DNA from: the human T2T-CHM13v2.0 reference genome, Homo sapiens
NCBI RefSeq assembly: GCF_009914755.1
Contig: NC_060931.1
Length of the DNA stretch: 64,000 nucleotides
Strand: one strand, 5' to 3'
Shown here: piece by piece, positions 50,127 through 64,000 of the stretch
Position numbering within the stretch: the stretch's first letter is position 1
How the letters are laid out: every line of letters begins with the position of its first letter
Position numbers and translations under genes: made by a program
The notes under the pieces: model-generated
Told to the model about the DNA's origin: nothing
The model's database searches: none
The model's input: the letters and a program-made list of their open reading frames with translations, nothing else

Positions 50127-51880
50127 GACTTATTCCCTAACTAATGTTTTAAAACCTTGGAGCTAGTGTAGTTGGGACCCGTTTCAAGTTTAAATTAGGC
50201 ATCTCACATACTTCTTGACTAGAATTTGAAATATGCCAAGTATATAATATACATTTAGAAAGATGGACTTTTACCCTAATTCCCACGGGATTGTAAACAA
50301 GAGCATAACTATGTTATATTCCAAAGAAGGTCTGTCTTTGGAATTCACAGTACATGTGAAAAGCTATAGGATTATATTATTTAGGTTGGTAATCTAAGTG
50401 AAGTAAGGTTTGTAGCATAATGTAGGCTTTTTGTCTTCAGGGGTTTGTTAAGTTGGCTTAGAACAAAATTTTCTGGCTTATTTTGACATCTCAGAGGCCT
50501 TGAAAAAATAGATTGACTAATATTTATCAATTTTAAGATTTTATGTTTAAATATTTTTTTAAATGAGTAAGTACAGATTATATTATTAATCTCTAGGCAT
50601 TCTGAGCTCTTTCATATAAGCTCTTTGCAGTTTTGCTTTTATACCTCTGTCCTGATTAAATGAATTGTACAATTTGAAATCCTATTTCTTTTTTATCATA
50701 GAGAATTATCTGTCTTGAGTTATATTGATTACCTACAAATTTTGATTCATTTTCTTGTAAAAATTAATGTTCTCTGCAAGAAAATTATGTCAGTTCAATA
50801 GAGAGGAAGGCACACAAATATTCACATAATCTTATTTGTGTATCTTTTGCAAGCACATTTTATGAGAGATCCATAAGCTACATAGAGCTTTAAAAAACTT
50901 AAAAGGATCTAAAGATCTCACCATAAAAGAAAGGATATAAATTCTTCCTTGTTTGGGTGCTTTATTTTCTTCTATATTGTTTTCTCTTCTATTAACCACA
51001 GGTAAACATTAGTTTTCTCAGCGACCTATATACTTTTACCCTTGAGCATTTATAGGCTTTAATACTAATTTTCTATTGCCATGGTTATTCAAGGTAAATA
51101 TTTAGATAATTTTGGAATACATTATATCTTTGTTGTATCTCTCTGGGCTCATTGTAGATGTTCAGGGAATAATTATTAATTGATTAACATCCTCTTTTCT
51201 ACAAGGAAAATAATACCAATATTAAATGACTACCCCCAATTTGTTAATGGTTTCCTTTTACATCACCTAAAATATGTAAGTAGTTTAATGAATTCCAGGT
51301 CATATTATAGTAATGACTTTTCTGTGAAACGAGGGAAGTGTGGCCCTTCCTTTTAGGAGAATATACCCTAAATTATATTTGTTTTTAAAGGTTTTATGAT
51401 TACAGAGTAATATATATAGTAATATATTAAATATTAATAAGTTACTAAATAGCTTTGATTCTCCACAACACCATGGGATTTACAATTTTAAAGTGTTTAG
51501 TAATTGGTAAACCAGATCCATTTTGTTTATGTAGGACAGGAACTTAGAAACTAATGTGGTGCATATGTTTAGAGATCAGGTTTAACTTTAATCAGTAGGC
51601 ATTTGAAATATTATTTTTCATCTTATAAAAGGTTTTCAAAAAGGATATTTCTGGTGTTACAAAGGTAAAATCTGAAATAATCTGGGGAAATGTAGTTAGC
51701 ATATTTACCAATAACACTATTCAAATTTGTAGAAGTGAAGCATTTGTAGCATATATTTACTTCTCATTTTTAATAATCCCAAAAACTTGCAAGAGTAAAT
51801 CATGGTGGTGAAATATTGTCTCTTCTTAGAAACTTGAAAATGTTTTAATCAGTACCCCAAAACTGAAGAAATAAATATAA

Positions 51881-52057
<177 letters not shown>

Positions 52058-52209
52058 TAACTTCTTGTCCAGATTTGAATAATTACTTTTAGTTCATTAA
52101 GGAAGGGAATTCATCATTTCAGCATTTAAAAAAACCCATAAATATTTAGCTCTACTAAATTACTAGTTTGTTAAATTGTTATAAAAAGATTGTTAGAAAG
52201 CAGCCGGGC

Positions 52210-52877
<668 letters not shown>

Positions 52878-53049
52878 TTACTTCCTTCATTTATTGAGCA
52901 ACTATGCACATTATCTCATTTAATCTTCCTAACAGTTCCTTTACCCATCTTTCTCTGTGTCTCTATGTATCTTATCCCTATTTTACATATGAAGAAATTG
53001 AGGATTAACATTTTTATTTTCCCCTAGAAGTAAATACTAACATATCCCA

Positions 53050-55230
53050 TGGAACAAAATAGTAGTGTAACAGAAGAAACCCAAGCAGTATATCAAAACA
53101 AACCCCAATTAGGGTTTGTTTCACAAAGATAAGGATGATTCAACATTGGGAAATATGTTAATTTAGTTCATTGCATCAGAAAACCAAAGTAGAAAAGACA
53201 GTTGATTTTTTAGATGCTGAATTACACTTGATAAAAACTCAGTATCTTGTGATTAAAAGAATAAATAACCTCTTACTAAACTAAAAATAGGATATTTCAT
53301 AATGTGACTAACTGCAAATACAGTAAGATCCTAACAATAAAATATTAGTAGCATAATTGTTAAAAAGTCAAGGATGTCTATAATTATTGATATTATTTGC
53401 TAGTGATTTAGATGTTCTAGAAACAGGGCAGTAAGATAAAGAATTATCACTACTTACATATGATATTATATATTTAGAAAATCAAAGTGAATTAACTAGA
53501 CTATTAAAACTAATGATAGGATAGCTAAAATGAAAAATACTGACAATACCAAGTGTTGATGAGGATGTGGAACAACCAGAACAGCCACACATTGCTGGTG
53601 GGAACACAAAAAGGTACAACTACTTTGGCAAACATTTTGTCATTTTCTTAAGAAGTTAAACATATGCTGACCGTTCAACCTAGAATTTTCGCCCTTTGAT
53701 ATCAATCCATGAGAAATAAAAGCATATGTCCACACAAACACTTGTACATGAATCTTCTCAGAGGCGTTATTCATAATACTAAAAAAAAAAAGGAAATAGA
53801 CAAACATCCGTCAAGTTGTGAGTGGATAAACACTTCATGTATCCATGCATCCATGCAATACTGTAGGCAGTAAAATGGAAGGAACTACTGATACAGGGAA
53901 TAACATGGTTGAATCTCAAAAACATCATGCTAAGTGAAAGAAATCAGGAGCAAAAGGCTACATACTGTATGATTTGTTATATTAAATTCTCAAAAAGGCA
54001 ACATTATCGAAACAAAGTTTTAGGGATGCGGATTGACCACAGAGAGGCCCTAGGGAAATTTTTTGGATGATAGAGGGTTCTAAAAGTGACTATACTAACA
54101 AAGCTCAACAAACTGCATACTTAAAATGGGAGAATTTTATTGTATGCTGATTATACCTCATTAAAGCTGTAAAACAAACTGGCAAGTCTGAGGCATTTGA
54201 AGTGAAAATTCTTATATGCCTTCCTTTTTCTTCTTAATCTGATACAATTAACATATTGTTTGTTTCAGGCAGTTTTTCTCTAGGAGTCCAGTGCGCTTAC
54301 ACTAGATCACTTGACTGAACAAAGAATGCTTACACAATTGTTCAAATTTACATTGAATTTTTACCATGTGGTTATTCTTAAAAATTATTATCCTTTGCTA
54401 TACATACTGGAATATTTGTAGGTGGAATATGAAGTCTAGAATGTACTTTAAAATATTCCAAAAACCAAAAAAACGTGTTCACATGAAACAAATTGGTAAA
54501 TGTTGATAATTTTTGAAGCTGGATTATGTGTACCTGGGGGTTTATTGTGTTACTCTGTTGAATTATGTTTATGATTGGAATTTTCCATAATGAAAAGGGG
54601 AAAACTGAAACTAGATGACTAGATAAAGTATAAACATACCCAAATTCAGTTTCCTCTTATATTAGTAATGTTTCAAAATATGATGAAAAATACAAAATGC
54701 CTGGAATCAAACTTAAAAGAAATATGTAAACTATACATCTTTGAGAACATGAAATATAAGACACATAAATGGGAAGTCTTAACACATTAATAGATGGGAA
54801 GATTCAGTATTTTTCAAATAGCAATTTACCTGAAATTAATGTACAAATTGTTTTGCATTCCAGTGCAAATTTAAAAGGACTTGTTTTTATTACTTGAAAA
54901 ACTGTCTTCAAAGGCCAATGAAAAAGCAGGGCCCATTAATAGAAAAGAAAATTTGAAAAGACTTTTCCTACAAGATATGAAAATGTAATATAAAATTATA
55001 GCAATTAAGTGGCACTCTGCCTAGGGATTATCAGATAGTAGCTCCAGGAAATCAAATACAGAATCCATAAAGAAATGGTGGGGCAATTGGATTACTGTGT
55101 GGGGGAAATAATACTGAGACTTTACACCATACACAAAAGTAAATCATGATAGGTTAAGTATTTAAATGTGAAAAACTGTAAAAATCCAGAAAGAAAAATA
55201 TTTGATAAAAGTTGATTACCTATTTGATAA
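53050..55230 (+). mobile_element. Patchwork of ancient L1ME fragments (ORF2 and 3' UTRs)
   Basis: RT-region motifs (ggatgattcaacatt; gatgctga), a 3' segment ~53520-54175 and another 3' end ~54370-54600. Confidence 0.65.
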
Positions 55231-55234
55231 AATA

Positions 55235-55675
55235 CAGTTAACTCTTCAACAACAATGGGGGTTGGGGCATTGACCCTCATGCAGTTGAAAATTTGTTTAT
55301 AACTTTTGGGTTCCCAAAAACTTAACCTACTAACAGCGTACTGTTGCACAGAAGCCTTGCCGATAACGTAAAATAGTCACTTAACATATTTTGTATGTTT
55401 CATGTATTATATACTATATTCTTTAATAAAGTAACCTAGAGAAAAGAAATGGTCATTAATAAAAGCATAAGGAAGAAAAAATATGTTCAGTGTTCATTAA
55501 GTGGAAGTGAATCATCATAAAGGTCTTCCTCCCCATTGTGTTCACTTTGAGTAGGCTGAGGAAGAGAAAAAAGAGGAGAGGTTGGTTTTGCTGTCTCAGG
55601 GTGGCAGAGGTGGAAGAAAATCTGTATGTAAGTCGACCCACACAGGTCAAACCCATGTTGTTCGAGGGTCAACAG
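55235..55675. mobile_element. Tigger2a/MER28
   Basis: TA TSD; TIRs cagttaactcttcaacaaca / tgttgttcgagggtcaacag; ~440 bp. Confidence 0.88.
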
Positions 55676-56597
55676 TATTTGAAAAAATACTGATAGTAAT
55701 ATATGAAAAAGAGTTAAAACCTCAATATGAGAAAAGTTCATGCATCAATAAGAGACAAAAGACACTGATGAGCAGCAACTCACAGTTGGCAAGAATACAC
55801 CATTGTATGGGAAATATTATTAGTGTGCTAACCAATGATTAGCAGTCTACCTTATCACAGATCATGTATGTCAACTGGATTCAGTGTAAGATAGAGGTCA
55901 TTTGTTTTAATTTTTACCTTATTAATCTTTATTTTTCTTATTTCTTTCTTGTTGTATAAATCCTTAAGTATCAAAAGGCTTGTCTTACACTTTTTCCTTA
56001 ACAACTATTAGTGGTAGTTAATTTTTGAGAACTCCTGCCAAGGACTTTTGAAAACAGGCTTTAAATTGTTAAGTGAGTTGTTGAACTTAGCATAATACTG
56101 TTGCCACATTACTTAATAATCCAACAGATTTTCTGAAATAGTTGACAAGATGGAAATGCCAAATACTAGAACGTAATTGTCACCATACAGAAAACAAACA
56201 TCTTGTAAACATACTCATACAGAGCTATACAGTAGACTTACATGATACATTTAAGTTACGTGACTTCAACTATGCTGTTCCCGTGAAATAGAAAAAGGAA
56301 AACAATGTAAATAATGCAGAAGATTCTGCCATTCTACTGAACAAGTATATACATTATACAGGTATACCTTTATACTTACATAAAGGGATTTGAAAGGATT
56401 ATTTTGACTATGTAATTTTCATTTTACTTTCTTACTTCAGAACCTAAATTTCTATATGTGCACCTGAATTTTATTGTATTTGAAAGGTCAGAAATAACTC
56501 CGTTCATTGAGTTTCAATTTTAATATTTACCATACTCTTTAGTTCTTGATTGCTTTGACCACAAATAATTTGATACCACCTTTATCTTATCTCATAG

Positions 56598-56792
<195 letters not shown>

Positions 56793-56818
56793 TAACGAAC
56801 TGTCTGAAAAGTACTTTC

Positions 56819-57970
<1,152 letters not shown>

Positions 57971-58084
57971 GCAGTGAAATTGCTAGGTCATAGCATTTGT
58001 ACATTTAAAATCTTGATGAATATTGCCAGAATTACCCTCCCAAAAGGTTGTACTATTTGACTCTCCTTCAACATTTCATGTTAA

Positions 58085-58467
<383 letters not shown>

Positions 58468-58795
58468 CATTAAAGTGTTTTTTTTATGCATTAAGTGAAG
58501 TTTAAGAACAGTCATGTAAAGATGTAAACTTTGGATCTAATTTTTAGAGGATGAGATAATTCACATATTTGCTGATTCCTTAAAAACATCCTCAAAAAGC
58601 AAAACTATACTAAAATAAAAAACTTGGTAAGGTACCTCTGCTTTTAATAAGCCATACTTCAATTGTAGCCATATCAGAATCATTCTGGGATAACCTACAA
58701 ACTTATAATTTTTAGAAGTTTTAGATTTATGATTAAGTGTACCTCAAAGTTTTAATTAAAATATCACCATGAACTGGCCAGTAGCCAAAAAAGGA

Positions 58796-58847
58796 AAATT
58801 GTCTGGTTAACTATGTCAGTATTCCAACATAGTTAACCAGACAATTT
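58796..58847. repeat. Perfect 21-bp inverted repeat, 10-nt loop
   Basis: aaattgtctggttaactatgt-cagtattcca-acatagttaaccagacaattt. Confidence 0.97.
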
Positions 58848-59644
58848 GTTCACTTTTTCTGTTTATCAAACAAACTGATAGATAATTAAAAATTATCTTT
58901 AGAGTAGAATAGTTATTGCTGTGAAGTTGGTATAGTTTTTGTTTAGCAGCATACTGTAGACAAATGAAGTTTTTAACTTTTAGGTTCAAGGGTACACGTG
59001 CAGGTTTCTTACATAGGTAAGTTGTATGTCACTGGAATTTGGTGTACAGATTATTTCACCACCCAGGTAATAAGCATACTACCTGATAAGGTAGTTTTTC
59101 AATCCTCACCCTACTCCCATCTTCTAACCCTCAAGTAGGCCCTGATATCTGTTGTTCCCTTCTTTGTATCTGTATGTACTCAATGTTTAGTTTTCATTTG
59201 TAAGTGACAATATGTATAGTATTTGGTTTTCTGTTCCTGTGTTAGTTTACTTAGGATAATGGCCTTTAGCACCATCCATGTTGCTGCAAAGGACATGGTC
59301 TTACTCTTTTTATGGCTGCATAGTATTCCATGGTATATATGTACCACATTTTCTTTATCCAGTCTACCACTGATGGGCATTTAGGTTGATTCTGTATGTT
59401 TGTTATTGTAAACAGTACTGTCATGAACATATGCGTGCATGTGTCTTTATGGTAGAGCAATTTATATTTCTTTGGGTATATACTCAATAATGGGATTGCT
59501 GAGTTGAATGGTAATTCTGCTTTGAGTTGAGAAATCACCACAGTGCTTTCCACAGTGGCTAAACTTACTTACATTCCCACCAGCAGTGTATAAGCATTCC
59601 CTTTTCTCCACAAACTTGCCAACATCTGTTTTTTTGACTTTTTT

Positions 59645-59946
<302 letters not shown>

Positions 59947-60116
59947 TGTTTTTTGACTTTTTAATAACCGTTCTAACTGATGTGAGATGGTATCTCATTG
60001 TGGTTTTGACTTGCATTTTTGTAATGTGGAGCATTTTTTCATATGCTTGTTGGCCACGTGTATATCCTTCTTTTGAAAAGTGTCTGTGCGTGTGATTTGC
60101 CTACCACTTTTCTTCC

Positions 60117-60427
60117 TTTTTTTTTTTTTTTTTTTTTGAGACAGGGTCTTGCTCCATTGCCCAGGCTGGAGTATAGCGGCACAGTCATGGCTTACTGTGG
60201 CCTCAATCCCTCAGGCCCAAATGATCCTTCCACCTCAGCCTCCTGAGTAGCTGGGACTACAGTCCTGTCCCACCACAGCCAGCTGATTTTTTTTTTAATT
60301 TTAGTACACACAAGGTCTTGCTAATTTGCCCAGGCTTGCCTCAAACTCCAGAGCTCAAGAATCCTCTTGCCTGGGCCTCCCAAAGTGCTAGGATTATAAT
60401 TACAGGCATGAGACATCATACCTGGCC
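60117..60427 (-). mobile_element. AluJ-like within L1PA
   Basis: Diverged body with poly-T. Confidence 0.9.
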
Positions 60428-61011
60428 ATTTGCCCACTTTTTAATGGGATTCTTTGGTTTTTGCTTGTTCATTTGTTTTCATTTCTTAGATTCTGGATAT
60501 TAGACCTTTGTCAGATGCATAGTTTGCAAACATTTTCTCCCATTATGTAGGTTGTCTGTGTACTCTGTTGTTGAAACCTATTGTTGTGCAGAAGCTCTTT
60601 AGTTTAATTAGGTCCCATTTGTCAATTTTTGTTTTTGTTGCAGTTGCTTTTGGCATCTTTATTATGAAATCTTTGCCAGGTCCTGTGTCCAGAATGGTAA
60701 TTCCTGGGTTATCTTCTGGTGTTTTTATAGTTTCAGGTTTTATATTTAAGTCTTTGATCCATCTTGAATTTATTTTTGTATATGGTGTGAGGAAGGTATC
60801 CAGTTTCAGTCTTCTGCATATAGCTAGCGAATTATCCCAGTGCCATTTATTGAATAGGGAGTACTTTCCCCATTGCTTATTTTTCTCGACTTTGTCAAAG
60901 AACAGATGGTTACAGGTGTGCAGTATTATTTCTGGGCTCTCTCTTCTGTTCCATTGGTCTATATGTCTGCTTTTGTACCAGTACCATGTTTTGGTTACTA
61001 TGTCCTTGTAA

Positions 61012-61517
<506 letters not shown>

Positions 61518-64000
61518 AGTGTGGCCATTTTAACAATATTTATACTTCCTATTCATGAGCATGGAATGTTTTTCTATCTGATACTGTCATTTCTAATTTC
61601 ATTGAGCAGTGGTTTGTAATTCTCATTCTAGAGATCTTTCCCTTCCTTGGATAGCTGTATTCCTAAGCTATTGTGAATGTGATTGTGTTCTGTATTTGTC
61701 TCTCAGCTTCGATATTGTTAGTATATAGAAACACTACTGATTTTTGTATGTTTTGTTTCTTAAAACTTTGCTGAAGTTGTTTATCAGATCAAGGAGCTTT
61801 TGGGTAGAGACTATGGGATTTTCTAGGTATAGAATCATATTGTCTAAAACCAGGGATCATGTGCCTTTACTCTTCCTATTTGTGGCTGTCTTTTATTTCT
61901 TTCTCTTGCCTCATTGCTCCAGCCAGGACTTCCAGTACTATGTTGAACAGGAGTGGTGAGAGGGCATTCTTGTTTCATTACAGTTTTCAAGGGAATGCTT
62001 CCAGTTTTTGCCCATTCAGTATGACGTTGGCTGTGGGTTTTTCTTGGATGGCTCTTCTTATCTTGAAGTATGTTCCTTCAGTGCCTAGTTTGTTGGAGGT
62101 TTTTAACATGAAGGGATGTTGGATTTTATTGAAAGCCCTTTCTGTATCTATTAAGATAATTATGTGGTTTCCGTTTTTAGTTCTATTTGATGAATCACAT
62201 TTATTGATATGCATATGTTGAACCAACATTGCATCCCAGGGATAAAGTCTGCTTAGTCATGGTGGATTCACTTTTTGATCTGCTGCTGGATTTGGTTTGC
62301 TAGTATTTTGTTGAGGATTTTTGCATCTATTTTTATCAAGGATATTCACCTGAAGTTTTTGTTGTCATCGTCATGTCTCTGCCAAGTTTTAGTATCAGGA
62401 TGATGTTATCCTTATAGAATTAGTTAAGGAGAAGTCCCTCCCCCTCAATTTTTTTGAATAGTTTCAGTAGGAATGGTACTAGCTCTTCTTTATACAGCTA
62501 GTAGAATTTGGCTGTGGATCCATGTGGTTCAGGGCTCTTTCTGGTTGGTAGGCTTTTTATTACTGACTCAATTTCAGAACCATTATTGTTCCATTCAGGG
62601 ATTCTCTCTTCCTGGTTCAGTCTTGGGAGTTTGTATGTTTCCAGGAATTTACCTGTTTTTTTCTGTATTTTCTAGCTTGTATGCACAGAGGTGTTCATAG
62701 TAGTCTCTGAGGGTTTTTTAATATTTCTGTGGAGTCAGTGGTACTGTCCCCTTTGTCATTTCTGATTTTGTTTATTTGGATCTTTTTTTCTTTATTAGTC
62801 TAGCTAGCAGTCTCTCTCATTCTTTCAAAGAATTAATGCAGGGATTCGTTAATCTTTTATGGTTTTTTGCATCTCAGTTTCTTTCAGGTCAGCTCTGATT
62901 TTATTTTTGTTATTTCTTGTCTTCTGCTAGCTTTGGAGTTAGTTTGCTCTTGTTTCTCTAGTCCCTCTATATGTGATGTTAGTTTGTTATCTGAGATCGG
63001 ATTTTTATGTGGACCTTTAGAGCTTGTAAATTTCCCTCTTAACACTGCTTTAGCTGTGTCCCATAGAATCTAGTATGTTGTATCTTTAGTCCCATAGTTT
63101 CAAAGAATTTCTTGATTTCTGCCTTAATTTCATGGTTTACGCAAATGCCATTCAGGAGCAGGTTGTTTAATTTCCATGTAATTATATGGTTTTCAGCAAT
63201 TTTCTTAGTATTGATTTCAATTTTTATTGTACTGTGGTCCAAGAGTGTGGTTGGCATGATTTCAGTTTTTTTGAATTTGTAGAGGATTGTTTTATGTCCA
63301 TTCGTGTGGTTGTTTTTATATTATGTGCCATGTGGTAATGAGAAGAATGTATATTCTATTGTTTTGGGTTGAAGAGTTCTGTAGATGTCTATTCAGTTCA
63401 TTTGGTCAAGTGTTGAGTTCAGGTCCTGAACATCTCCATTAATTTTCTACCTCAGTGATCTGGCTAATACTGGCAGTCGGGTGTTGAAGTCTCCCACTAT
63501 TATTTTATGGACATCGAAGTCTCTTTGTAGGTCTCTGAGAACTTGTTTTATGAATCTGGGTGCCCCTGTGTTGGGTGCATATATATTTAGGATAGTTAGG
63601 TCTTCCTGTTGCATTGAATCCTTTACCATTATATACTGACCTTGTCTTTTTTGATATTTGTTGGTATAAAGTCTGTTTTGTCTGAAATTAGAATAGCAAT
63701 CTTGCTTTTTTTCAGTGTTCCATTTGGTTGGTAGATTTTTCTCCATCCCTTTATTTTGACCGCATGGGTGTCTTTGCATGTGAGCCTGGTCTCTTAAAGA
63801 CGCCTACTGTTTAGTCTTGCTTCTTTATGCAGCTTGCCAGTTTGCACCTTTTAATTAGGACATTTAATCCATTTACATTCAAGGTTAATATTGATATGTA
63901 CATGATCCTTCATTGTGTTGTTAGCTGGTTACTTTGCAGACTTAATTGTGTAGTTGCTTTATAGTGTCACTGTTCTGTGTACTTAATTGTGTTTTTGTAG

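Overview
Primate, most likely human, genomic DNA from inside the GLCCI1 gene (FAM117 family), transcribed on the + strand. Four internal coding exons (412-563, 18987-19073, 51935-52051, 56598-56750) splice at GT-AG sites into one open frame. From recall these are exons 2-5; none appears in the supplied ORF track. The rest is intron, largely transposon-derived: about 26 Alus, several L1s, Tigger1/Tigger2a/Tigger3/MER6A/MER5A/MER3/MER58 DNA transposons, a MER4 solo LTR, an MLT1 and MIRs. Intron 3 holds a ~19 kb stack of three nested sense-oriented L1s. I see no convincing new protein-coding system; nearly all listed ORFs are repeat-derived or chance ORFs. The best leads are RNA/DNA-structure level: a hairpin plus triple repeat of splice signals just after exon 3, a CpG-rich palindrome cluster with two D-boxes (3791-3885), a perfect 21-bp hairpin (58796-58847), an LC8-type TQT motif split across a junction with a skippable exon, a NAGNAG acceptor, and a sense LTR poly(A) site. 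Gene identity, exon numbers and repeat subfamilies are recognised by eye, and repeat boundaries are approximate.
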